DNA of 63,948 bases, counting the filler, from Chiloscyllium plagiosum (taxonomy: Eukaryota), in NCBI RefSeq assembly GCF_004010195.1. It is 4 parts of one record of this genome, joined end to end, with 100 filler letters (N's around TTAATTAATTAA, not from the genome) between each part and the next. Parts side by side here need not be neighbours in the genome. Positions count along the whole stretch, not along the records: positions 21,647 to 43,425 come from NC_057710.1; 3 more parts are not named here. The stretch is one strand, 5' to 3'. The notes under the pieces were generated by a model that saw only the letters and a list, made by a program, of their open reading frames with translations, made no database searches and had not been told where the DNA came from. This document shows positions 22,801-34,631 of this stretch, in pieces (within the stretch, counting starts at the first letter, position 1; each line of letters begins with the position of its first letter). Position numbers and translations under genes: made by a program.

Positions 22801-25194
22801 GGCAATGGGAAGGAATGGCAATATATTTCCAAGTCAGGATGATGAATGGCTTTGAGAGGAAGTTGAAGGCAGCAGTGTTGCCATGTATCTGTCCTTGTCC
22901 TTCTAAATGGAAGTGTTGTGTGTTTGGAAACACTTTCAATTCTAGACGAGAGAGGGAAGCAGCACCAATGATACCATTGATCTACCAGAGAGAGTGAGTT
23001 GTGGGTAGGCGCCAGAATAGGACTGGAACAAAATGTTTCATACATCCTACAAAGATACAGGCATAACTGGGGCCCATGTGAGTACACAGGATGCATCAAA
23101 TTTGATTAGAACATAGAACATAGAACACTACAGTGCAGTACAGGCCCTTTGGCCCTCAATGTTGCGCCCTTGATATTAGAATAGAGAATAACATTAAAGC
23201 AGAATTAAAGGAACTCTGTTTGAATAGAGATTTTAATTGTTTAAATGCAAATTGTGACAAATGGGAATGATTTAAATGTAATTAGAGAAATGGTTACAGT
23301 GTGACCAAGATTGGGAACTGAATATCCAGGGATATTTAAGCTTCAAGAAGGATTGCCAAAAAGGAAAATGGTGTGGGTAGTGCTCTTAAGGGGACAGTAT
23401 CAATGCATGAGTAAGAGAAGATTTCAACAGCAAGGATCAAGACGTAGAATCAGTTTGGATGGTGATAAGAAACATCAATGCACAGCAAACATTGGTGGGA
23501 GTTGTTTATGGGTCACTGAACTGTAGTGGCAATATAAGGCATGTTACACATCAGGAAATTAGAGATGCTTAAAAGATAAAGTCACTTTCAGCCCAGAAAG
23601 TTACATGGCTTTCCTATTAGACAGATGATTGGTGGTGGTTTAATGTGAGTTCACAATGTGTCAGCTGTGGGGAGAAGTTGAGAAGGCGAGTCTTTCATAG
23701 TAACCTCCTCCAGTGTGAAAATGGAGTCTACATAGATGGCACCACCTCATAAACCAGCCAACTCAGTTAACTTCCCAATCACCACTCACCCTTCTATATT
23801 CTAATGAGTGTAGTACAAAGGTGTCATACTGCAGATGTACAAGTGTAGTGAGAATTCCTCTAGAATATTGTGATCAGCTTTGGTTCAGTTACCAATAGAG
23901 GGAAACAATTGCCATTGAGGGAAGTGTGTTGGATATTCATCAGATTAATCCATAGGATAGGAGAATTGTCCTGTGGGAAGAGATTGAGAAAATTAGGTCT
24001 GTCTTCTAGTGTTGATGAATGAGGAGTGATCTCATTGAAACTTACAAACCTGTGAGTGTGAATGAGAAGATGTAGATCTTTCTTTGAATCTTTATCAGGA
24101 AATACAGTCATATCAATATCTAGGCTCGCTTCTAGAAATGGCTTTGACTTTGGAAGTCTTGGAGAGTGGACAACAAGAACTCACAAGGAATTCTCTTATC
24201 CAGCATCCCTGAATAGTTTGAGAAGTTGAAAACATATGGCACCAAGAAGAAAGGTGGAAGAAGACAAACTCATGACAAACCTTCTCTCTGACCTAAACCC
24301 ATACTCACTATCTGTCACCCTTGTGTATTTATGCAGTGTAATTAGTATTTTATCACTCATGTCTGATTGAACTCAGTTCGCACCATATTGCAGTCAAATG
24401 TTGCTGTTGATCTTCATTGATTAGCTAATCAATAACACGTCAACAAGTTGGAAATTTTAAACTTATTGCATTTCTCTCCTAAACTGCTTCAATTCCCTGT
24501 TCCTCTCCTTCTCCCTGTTTCTCGAGCTGAGCTCTCCTATTTCTTTTCTGTTGTGCATTCTACATTCTGTTTTATGACATTCACTGATGTAAATGCAGAT
24601 AAAATTATTATCAAACAAACTAGACTGATTGTAGAACTGGAATTAAATTAGAATTAGATTTTATTGTCATATGTACTTAAGTGCAAAAGTACATGGGTAC
24701 AGTGAAAAATGTACAATGTTGCTATTCCCAGTGCCACCTTTGCTAAAATGTCTTAGCACAGCAATAACTTTAATGACTAATTTCCTTCTCCTGTACTGAG
24801 GACTAAGAGAAAAAAACATTTTATTTTAAAATTCATTTGAATTTGTAGCATTAAATTTTTAAATTATTGAAATTAAGTTGAGTACCAAATAGTTGATGGA
24901 AATCATCTGAACTTTGGTGTTCATAAGTTTCATATTGTGTTTCAAAATTCTTATTCTTCAGTGAAAGCAGAATGCTCCATAGATTAAAAACCTTTTTTTA
25001 GGTTTGTGTTTTTACATTTAAATTTTTAATTTCGAAGTATCTGAGATCACTGACCTCCTGATTCCTTAGCTTCATCAAGTTGTGATCTTGTGATCAGGAA
25101 AAGGAATAGTATTTCAACAGTATAACAATTATTCAGATTATCCTGTCCTGTGCAAATAGAGCAAACTAGCTTTGAAAACAAAATTAGAAGTTCT

Positions 25195-25538
25195 TTTTTC
25201 CCCTGTATTCATTCACAGGATGTATGTATCATTGGCCAGGCCAGAATTCACTGCCCCATCCCTAACTGCCCTGAGGGTCATTAAGAATCAACTACATTGT
25301 TCTGGAGTAAACCAGATCAAGTAAACACAACAGTTTCCTTCCCTAAAGGATATCAGTAAATCAAATCTGTTTTTCTAACAACTGACAAGATTATTAGATT
25401 ATTATTATTATTAGACTCTTAATTCCAGATTTTTACTGAAATCAAGTTCACCATCTGCCATCCGGATTTGAAACCGGGTCCCCAGAACATTAACTGAGGT
25501 CCCTGGATTAACAGACTCGTGATAATACCACTAGGCCT
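25195..25538 (-). mobile_element. tRNA-derived SINE with an L2/CR1-group LINE-like tail (related copy at ~38110-38430)
   Basis: Reverse-complement head GGCCTAGTGGTATTATCAC...GACCCGGTTTCAAATCC; tail shares GGGCAGTTAGGGATGGGG..TGAATGAAT with the 3' end of the 31035 family. Confidence 0.6.
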
Positions 25539-26059
25539 ATGATTTTCATCAGTTTATTGGCTAAAATCACATTTTGGATTTTCATGTGGCAGTTAGATCA
25601 GAAGACCTGGCTTTATTCATTGCCTGCAAACAAATGCGGTGGTGTAGAGGGTCCAGGCGTACATGAAGGAAACCACAGGTGCCCTTCTCACCATCAGCCA
25701 CGTGTTATCTTAGTGTTTGTTGGAAAATTTTGGTGATGGAAATCCTTTTTTGTAAAAATTAATGCTCCCATCTCCTAAATGAGCAGAGAAGACAGAAGAA
25801 GCATTAAGGGAAAAAAAAAGCAAACTTTAAAATGTAAGACATGAGGCTGGAATACTGAAATGTTGAAGACTTGAAGTGAGGTGAAAATCAAACAGGCTGC
25901 TTTGACCTGGGTGGTGCAGAGCTTTTTAAGTGCTGTTGGAGCTGCACTCATCCAAACAAATGTAGAGTATTCCATCACATTCCTGAATTGTGTCTTGAAG
26001 ATGGTAGGTAGGCATTAGAGGATCGGGGGTGGGTTGCTCACCACAGAATTACTAACCTT

Positions 26060-27110
26060 GTTTATTTCAAATATATACTTTATTCACATAAAACTATTTG
26101 TGTATATATGCATAGTCACAAAAGCAATTCTGTTCTGTACAGTAGCATATCTAGGAAACAAACAAACATTGGAGTTTGACTCTATCTGAAAAAAAATCAA
26201 AGATCTCTCTTACACATTCAATACTATGTTTACATACATTGGGGCACCAGGAGGGTCTGGTAACTGAACAAACACCCAATTACCTTCAGCAGGAAGGTGG
26301 AGGTCCTTCCCCACTGTCCCTTGATGGCAGCTTTAGTGTGTCCCTCAGCACATAGTGGTGGACCTTGAATATGGCAGTCTGCAATTATAGAATTCCTACA
26401 GTGTAGAAGCAGGTCTTTTGGCCCATCAAGTCCACACCAACCCTCCAAAGAGCATCCCACCCAGACCCAACTCTTCCCTGTAACCTTGCATTTGCCACGG
26501 CTAATCACCTGCATGTCCTTGGACACTATGGACAATTTAGCACGGTCAATCCACCTAACTTGTACATCTTTGGGCTGCAGGAAGAAACCGGAGAACCCAC
26601 AGGAAATCCCATGGGGAGAATGTGCAAAGTCCACACAGATAAGTCACCCAAAGGTGAAATCACTGTGAGGCAGCAGTGCTAACTACTGAGCCACCGTGCC
26701 ACCCATTTAGTTGGGGTCAACTTCTTCTACTTGAAGACCAACAAGTTTCAGGCAGACCAAAGTGCATCTTTCGCTGAGTTAATGGCCCTCCAGGTGCAGC
26801 AGATGTTTGTTTCAGTGTGTTGAGTACACAGTTCCACATCACGGAGCTGAACCTCAATAAAAATCAATGTGCTTCTCTCTGCAGACTTCCTTTGCAAAGA
26901 CACATTCCAAAAGGAGATGTGTGACCATCTGAACCCCACACTCCCCCTCCCCACAGCTGTTTCGAGGGCAAAATGCGGTGGTGCAGAGAGTCCAGGCATA
27001 CATGAAGGAAATCACAGGTGCCCTTCTCACCATCAGCCACGTGATATCTTAATGTTTTTTGGAAAATTTTGGTGATGAGGCTTTGACGGTCTGTTCAGAG
27101 ATCAACCCTT
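26060..27110 (-). mobile_element. L1/Tx1-type LINE 3' end
   Basis: Minus strand WLMVRRA...FCPRNSCGEGECGVQMVTHLLLEC (C-terminal zinc knuckle) and WRAINSAKDALWSA; AATAAA and A-rich end at ~26060-26095. Confidence 0.75.
26386..26704 (-). mobile_element. HE1-type V-SINE
   Basis: tRNA head GGGTGGCACGGTGGCTCAGTAGTTAGCACTGCTGCCTCACAG; V-domain GGACTTTGCACATTCTCCCC...; CR1-like tail. Confidence 0.85.
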
Positions 27111-27511
27111 TCCTTTTCCCTCATTCTCAAGGATGCCAAACCTCTGAATTGCTCTTGTAGCCATAGTTTTTGTATAGTTAGTCCAGATTAGTTTCCAGAC
27201 AATGATTACTTCCAGGAAATTGTAGCAAGATGGTGGTGTTATATTGATGGTAATGCTATAAGAAGTTCAAGGGAAGATGGTTATATTCTATAGGATAGAA
27301 GTGGTAATTCCTTGGCCCTTGCATGCTGTGAATGTTAATTATTATTCACCAAGCCTTGGTGCATATGGACTGAGTATCTGAGGAGTCTCAAGATATTGAA
27401 CGTTGTGTAATCGTAAGCAAATATCTCGACCTCTACCCTTATATTGGAAAAAAGACCAATGATGAAGGACCTGAAGATGATTGGACACTAGGACATTACC
27501 TTAAGGAACCA

Positions 27512-27630
27512 GGGCTCATGTGGGGTGCAGTGATAGTGTCCCTATCTCTGAGCCAGGGGACCTGGATTCAAGTCACATCAGCTTCACAGATGTGTCATAA
27601 TTCTCTGCACAGGTTGACTAGAAAATATCT
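27512..27630 (+). mobile_element. Short tRNA-derived SINE (same family as 18213)
   Basis: GGGCTCATGTGGGGTGCAGTGATAGTGTCCCTATCTCTGAGCCAGGGGACCTGGATTCAAG...CAGGTTGACTAGAAAAT. Confidence 0.65.
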
Positions 27631-30600
27631 ACTCTGAAGGAATATTTTAATGATGTTCTGTGGCCATGATTTAACATCCAACATCCACAGCCATTGTCTT
27701 TTGTGTTACATGTGACTCCAACCAGCAAAGAAGTTTCCTTGTCTCCAGTTTTGTTTGGGTCCTTGATGTCTTACTTAATCAAATGGTGGCTTGATATCAA
27801 AGGTATTCCCTCTCACTTCCCCCCACTTGATTTCAACATTTTGGTGCAATGTCTGTAGTGTCTTGTACAGAGTGAATGTAGCAGCATCATTGAGCAGGTT
27901 ATTGTTGAGTCAATGCAACTTGATAGCACTGTTGATGATCCTATCACTTTAATAATGGTTGAGACTCGACTGATGGGACTGGGTTTGCTTTGTCTTGTTT
28001 ATTATGGACAGCACAGATCTAGACAGTCTTCCACATTTTTGGAAAATGTCAATGTTAGAATTATGCTGAAACATCTTGGCTAAGGGCACAGCTAATTCTT
28101 GAGCATAAGTCTTCTGTACTGTTGCCAGAATGTTGTCAGGGCACGTGCCATTGCAATAATTGCTGCTATCAGGTGTTACTCAATCTGCTGTTAATAAAAT
28201 TGGCTGAAAGCTGGTATCTGTGATACTATGGACTTCAGGAAGTAGCTAAGATAAATTGTTCACTTGGTTCTCGCTGAACATCCTTGCAAATGCTTTATTC
28301 TGGTCTTTTGTACTGGTTGCTGGATCCCTCCACCATTTAAGGATGAGAACATTTGATGAACCTCCTTAATGGATTTTTGTATTGTCCACTATCCTTCACA
28401 ACTGGCTTGGCAGAACTGCTGAGCTCAGATCGGATCTGTTGGCTGAAAAACTGTTTATCCCTGTCTATTTTGTGTTACTTTTCTGCTTGACATGCAAGTA
28501 GACCTGTGCTGCAGTTTCATCATGTTGGCACCTCACTTTTGCTGCTGCTGGCATGCCCTCCTGCACTCTTCTTTGAACCAACACAGATGGTCCTTCAGAT
28601 TTCAAATAAACATTGATTGCTTAACGCCGAGCAATACAACTTTTTTTTTCTTAAAGTTATGCACAAATTGATTGAAACAACATCTGTGAGTGATCTTAAT
28701 TTAGAAAGGTTATGCTACAGTTATTTGAACATTCATTTGAAGTGGTTATAAATGGGACAAAATGCAAGTTTAATCATATTTGCTGCTGTGCTTTTGATGA
28801 CTAACTTTCATCTCACCTCCACTGGAGAATCTCTCACCCTAGCTGACTCTAAATGATTAATGACATTCCATCTGGTTCCTAAATATCCCTGCCATCCACT
28901 AATTCTTCTAAAATTCTTTGCAGATTCTGCTATTTCATTCACAGCTTAATTTATTGCATCCTGTTACTGTAATTTACTTGCAAAATTATTTGTAATGTTC
29001 ATGTCAACAAAATTTGCATGTATTTATTATGAATGCTGTTTATCTTTTTAGATTTGATTTATGGACATCTGCTGTACCTCTCTTCCTCCACACAGTGATT
29101 TACTTTCACGTTGTGATTAATGAATAACCTGCTATGTAGCTGGGCTTTGCTTCTATAATGAATTGATATTCTTCATCTTCTAAATAGTAAGGTGCATCTT
29201 TTTAATGCAACAGCAATAAATTTTGCTTTTGTTAAGAATGGAACAGTAGTAACTTTTACTTGAGTTGCTGCAGATGATGATTTGGGATTGGTTCTTTAGT
29301 ATGACATTGGGCTTGGGATTAGTTGCATTGCTGGTTCTATTTCACCCTGCTTGGGAATCTGGGAAGTTGGAACTTGAGCATTCCCATTCATTAACTAATT
29401 AATCTACAATGAATCAATTAAGTAGTAATTAACTCATTCATTAATAACTAATTGATCCGCAAGTTTCTAACTTATGAATGTTTTACTTATCAAAGGGCAG
29501 TGCTGTGGATTCTCTTTGACATGAGAAATGAGATTTAGAAAATTTCCTGGCTTTGCAAAAAAAGTATATCTCTGCTTCATAAAGTTTACAATTTATGGAA
29601 ATCATACATATTTATCAGTGATCTTTCAACGTATTTATGTCTACCAGACAAGTAGCTGTGAAGCATAATTTCACCTTCCAACATGAAGTCTGCATCCTTG
29701 AATGTTATGCACTTCAAGAGCTCAAGTCCTTTTTAAAACTGTTATAAGGATTTCTGCCTTACCACCCTTTCAGACAATTCGATCCAGATGCCCACTACCC
29801 TTTGGGTTAAAAAAAAAGGAATCTGATCCTCTTAAATCAGTAACCACAATCCATGCTCCTGGATATAGACCCTCTCCCACAGTGAATAAGGCTTTCCTAT
29901 CCAATCAATTCTTTAAATTTCTGCACTAAACCTAACCCCAGCCCTCCGTCTCCTCTGTTCCAACAGAAGCTGGAAGTTGGTAGTAAACACGTGTACACAA
30001 AATATTAGACTCAGTGGAAGCAAAAAGAATCCAGTAGCTGGAAAGCAATATGCTTGAGAATGTGCTTTGCATTAGAAAAGCAAATCTTTTAAAATGTCTG
30101 GCACATACCACCATTTTCCCCCAAAATAAGACTACCTTGCCCTCTTCTTTTCAGGTGACCCTAAATGAACCAAACAGATTTAATCTAAAGCTAGAACAAT
30201 TGTATCAAACTTACCTTTTTTTCCAGAAGTTCTCTTTTTTTTAATTGCTTAGTTTTGAATCACTTCAAGTATGTTTTCTCCCTTTGCTTTTCAGACCACG
30301 AATGCCCTGACTTTTTGAATCGATTAATGCCAATATTTTGCCATGCACCATCCCAGGGGTTTTATGCTGCAAGCAATCTTTCACTTTAATAAGCTCAACT
30401 TCAGCCAAAGTGAAACCACAGCAACTCATGCAGAGTCTTCCACTTCTAGTGTTAAGTGTCAACATCATTCTATTGCTAACTAGCGTTATGTATCACGAGA
30501 CAACACAAATTCAGCTGCAGGAAGTAGGATTTGGGGTAATGCCATTTCAGGTGCAGGAAGGAAAGGTTTGCTTCATGAACTAGACTTTACACTAACTTTA

Positions 30601-32271
30601 TTAACATTCTTCCAGAAAGAAGAAAGCAGCTAATATCAGGATTATTGTGCCTGACAAGAAATAATATAAGAAATAGAAACAGGAGCAAGCTGTTCAGCCC
30701 CTTGGACCCACTCCATCATTCAATAAGATCATAGTGGATCTGATTGTAACCTTAACACCCCATTCACCATTCTGGGGAAAAGAATTCCAAAGACGATAAA
30801 CATTGCGAGAAGAAATTCCTCCTTATCTCCAGTTAAACAAGTACCCTTCATTTGTATACTGCACTACCAGTTCTTGATTCTCTCATGAAAAGAAAAATAT
30901 TTCCAACATCTACCTTCTCAAACCCTCTCATGCATCAGAGTAGGTGCATATCAGGGGTCTTCGACTGGTCCCTTGGTGCTCACTGAATTTGTGCCTACTT
31001 GAATATTCATAGCAGCTATGCCTTGTGTTGCCTTTTTATTTTCACTCATGGGTTTTGTTGGCTTGGCCAGAATTTATTGCCCATTCCTAGTTGCTCTTGC
31101 GAAGATGGTGGTGAGCTGTGTCTTTAAACCACTGCAATCCACCTGTTGTGGGTTGACCCACAATGCCCTAGAGAGGGAATTCCAGGATTTTGACCCAGCA
31201 ATAGTCAAGGAATGGTGATATATTTCCAAGTCAGGATGGTGAGTGGCATGGAGGGGAACTTCCAAATGGTGATGTTCCTATTTATCTGCTGTCCTTGTCC
31301 TTCTAGATGGAAGTGGTTCTGGGTTTCAAACATTCTGCCGAAAGATCTTCCAGGAATTTCTGCAGTGCAGAAACTGCCGCTACTTAACATTAGTGGTGAG
31401 AATGGATGATTGTGGAAATGGTGCCAATTAAGCAGACTGCTTTGCCCTGAATGGTGTCAAACATCTTTAGTGTTGTTGAAGTTGCACCTGACTTGTGCTT
31501 TGCAGATGTTGGATAGACTTTGTGGAGTCAGGAGGTGAGTTACTCAACGCAGTGCTCCTAGCTTCTGACCTGCTCTTGTAGCCACTGTTTGTGTGGTGAG
31601 ACCCGTTGAATTTCAGGTCAACAGTAAACCCCAGGATGTTGACTTTGGTAGTAACACCATTGATTGTTAAGGGTCAGTGGTTGGAATATCTCTTATTAGA
31701 GAAAGTTATTGCCTGAATTTTGTGGCCTGTAAATGTTACAAGCCACTTCCCAGCCCAAGCCAGGATATTGTCCAGATCTTGTTGCATTTAAAAATGGACT
31801 GCTTCTGTGTCCATTGCAGACCATTGCATAATCATTGCCAATCAGCCCCACTTCTGACCTTATGATGTAGGGAAGGTCATTGCAGCAGCTGAAGATGCCT
31901 TGGACCTTGGACTCTACCCTGAGGAACTCCTGCAGAGATGTCCTGGAACTGAGATGATTGATCTTCAACAACCACAACCAACTTCCTATTTGTCAGGTGT
32001 GACTCCAACCACTGGAGAGTTTGCTCCATGATATCCATTGATTCAAGTTTTGCGAGGGCTCGTTGATGGCGCACTTGGTCGAATGCAGCCTCAATTTCAA
32101 GGGCTGTCACTCACATGTCCACAATGGACTTCAGCTCTCTTTATGTCCATGTTTGAGCCAAGGCTGTAATGAGGCCCTGGCAAAACCCAAACTGGGTATC
32201 GCTGAGCAGGTGCTGCTTGATGAACCTTCCATTGCTTTACTGATGATTGAGAGTAAACTGATGGACAGTAA

Positions 32272-32505
32272 TTTCTGGATTAGTGGTGCTGGAAGAGCAC
32301 AGCAGTTCAGGCGACATCCAAGGAGCTTCGAAATCGACGTTTCGGGCAAAAGCCCTTCATCAGGAATAAAGGCAGTGAGCCTGGAGCATAGAGAGATAAG
32401 CTAGAGGAGGGTGGGGGTAGGGAGAAAGTATCCCTGAGATTCTTGTAGAGAGAGGAGGAAATCTTCTTCAAGGGAGGCATCCTTGCAAGAGGATTCGCAG
32501 TAGGG
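32272..32505 (-). mobile_element. Penelope-like terminal fragment
   Basis: Reverse complement contains CCTGATGAAGGGCTTTTGCCCGAAACGTCGATTTC; nearly identical to ~59935-60045. Confidence 0.75.
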
Positions 32506-32824
32506 TTAATTGGCTGGATTGGATTTGTCCCCCTTTTTCTGTATAGGGCATACTTGGGCAATTTTCCACATGTCAGGTAGATGTAACTATACTGGAACAA
32601 CTGGGCTAGAGTAGCAGCAAGTTCTGGAGCACAAGTCTTCAATACTACTGTTGGAATGCTGTCAGGACTCATAACCTTTGCAAGTCTCCAGTGCCTCCAA
32701 CCATTTCTATATATCACATGCAGCGAATCAAATTGGCTGAAGGTTGGTATCTGTGATGCTGAGGACTACAGGAGGAGGTTGAGATGGATCATCCACTCGG
32801 CACTTCTGGCTGAAGATTGAAGAT

Positions 32825-34032
32825 AAAACATAGAACATTACAGCACATTACAGCCACTCAGCCCTCTGTTGTGCCGGCCTTTTATCCTACTCTAAGATTA
32901 GACCAACCTACCTACCATTCATTGTACTATCTTCCATGTACCTAAAAGTCGCTTAAATGTACCCCATTTATCTGACTCGACTACCACTGCTGGCAGTGCA
33001 TTCCATGCACCCACTACTGTCTGTGTAAAGAACCTACCTCTGACATCTCCCCTAAACCTTCCTACAATCATCATAAAATTGTGTCCCCTCATGAAAAAGT
33101 CTCTGGCTATCCACTATCAATGCCTCTCAACATCTTGTACACGTCTATCAAGTCACCTCTCATCCTCCTTCACTCTAATGAGAAAATCTCTAGCTCCCTC
33201 AAGCTATCTTCATTAGACATGCCCTTCAGTCCAGGCAACATCCTGGTAAATCTCCTCTGCACCTTCCCTAAAGCTTCCACATCTTTCTTATAATGAGGCG
33301 ACCAGAACTGAACACAATATTCCAAGTGTGGTCTAACCAGGACACTATAGAGCTGCAGCATAAACTTGCGGCTCTTAAACTCAATCCCCCTGCTAGTGAA
33401 AGCCAAAGACCATATGCCTCTTAAGAACCACATCAATTTGTGGTGGCAACTTTGAAGTATCTATGAACAAGGGCACCCAAGATCCGTCTGTTCCTCCACA
33501 CTGCCAAGAATCCTGCCTTTAACACTGTAATCTACATTCACATTCAACTTTCCAAAGTGAATCATTTCACATTTTTCCAGGTTGAACTCCATCTGCCACT
33601 TATTAGCCCAGTTCTGCATCCTCTTAATGACCCATTGTAACCTACAACAGCCCTCCACACTATCCACCACTCCACCAACCTTTGTGTCATTGGCAACTTA
33701 CTAACCCACCCTTCCACTTCCTCATCCATTTCACTTGTAAAAATCACAAAAAAGCAAAGGTCCCAGAACTGATCCCTGCAGAACACCACTGGTCATTGAG
33801 CTCCAGACTGAATACTTTCCATCTACAACTCTCTTCTGTCTTTTCAGGGCCAGAAAAATCTGTATCCTTACAGCCAGATTTCCCTGCGTCCCATGCCTCC
33901 TTACTTTGTACATGAGCCATCATGGGGAAATGTATCACCTTGCTAAAATCCATGTACACTGCATCCACTGCTCTACCGTCATCAATGTGTTTTGTCACAT
34001 ACCCAAAGCATTCAATAACGTTGGTGAGGCAT
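32825..34032 (-). mobile_element. CR1 LINE 3' part
   Basis: VDAVYMDFSK, GVLQGSVLGPLLF, LVRPHLEYCVQFWSPH; tail at ~32825-32880. Confidence 0.85.
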
Positions 34033-34631
34033 GGCTGCTGTGAAAGGACTGCTGTGAAAACTTCAGCCTTATCTTTTTCACTGAGATGCTGGACTTTTCC
34101 ATCATTGAGGATGGGGATATTTGTGGAGCCTTCGCCTCCAGTGAGTTCTTTCATTGTTCATCACCATTTCACAGCTGGATGTGACAGGAGTGCAGAGCTT
34201 AGTTCTGATCTGTTTGTTGCAGGATTGCTTAGCTCTGTCTATCATTTACTGCTTATGCTGTTTGGCATACAAGTAGTCCTGTTTGGTGGCTTCACCATGT
34301 TGACATCTCATCTTTAGGTATGCCTGTTGCTGCTCCTGGCATGTCCTCCTGCACAGTCCATTGAACTAGGGTGGATCCCCGGCTTGACGGTAATGGTTGA
34401 GTGGGGTATATGCAAGACTGTGTGTTTACAGATTGTGCTGGAATACAAGTCTGCTACTGTTGATGGTCCACAGCGTCTCATGGATGACCAGTCATGAGTT
34501 ACTAGATCTGTTTGAAGATACCCTATTTAGTACAATTCCACAGAATATCATAGAGGTTATTCTCGATGTGAAGGCAGACCTTTGTCTTCACAAAGGGCTG
34601 TGCAATGGTCACTCTTACTGTCATGGATATA

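Larger units (their letters stand above)
25880..28590 (-). mobile_element. Old L2/CR1-group LINE, interrupted by an L1/Tx1 fragment and SINEs
   Basis: MEYSTFVWMSAAPTALKKL; colinear by eye with the 31430-34370 segments. Confidence 0.65.

Noticed and set aside
25539..27075. Two plus-strand ORFs sharing KCGG.E.PG.HEGNHRCPSHHQPR, resembling duplicated exons
   Set aside because: They are the antisense reading of L1/Tx1 ORF2 sequence (WLMVRRA...CPR).
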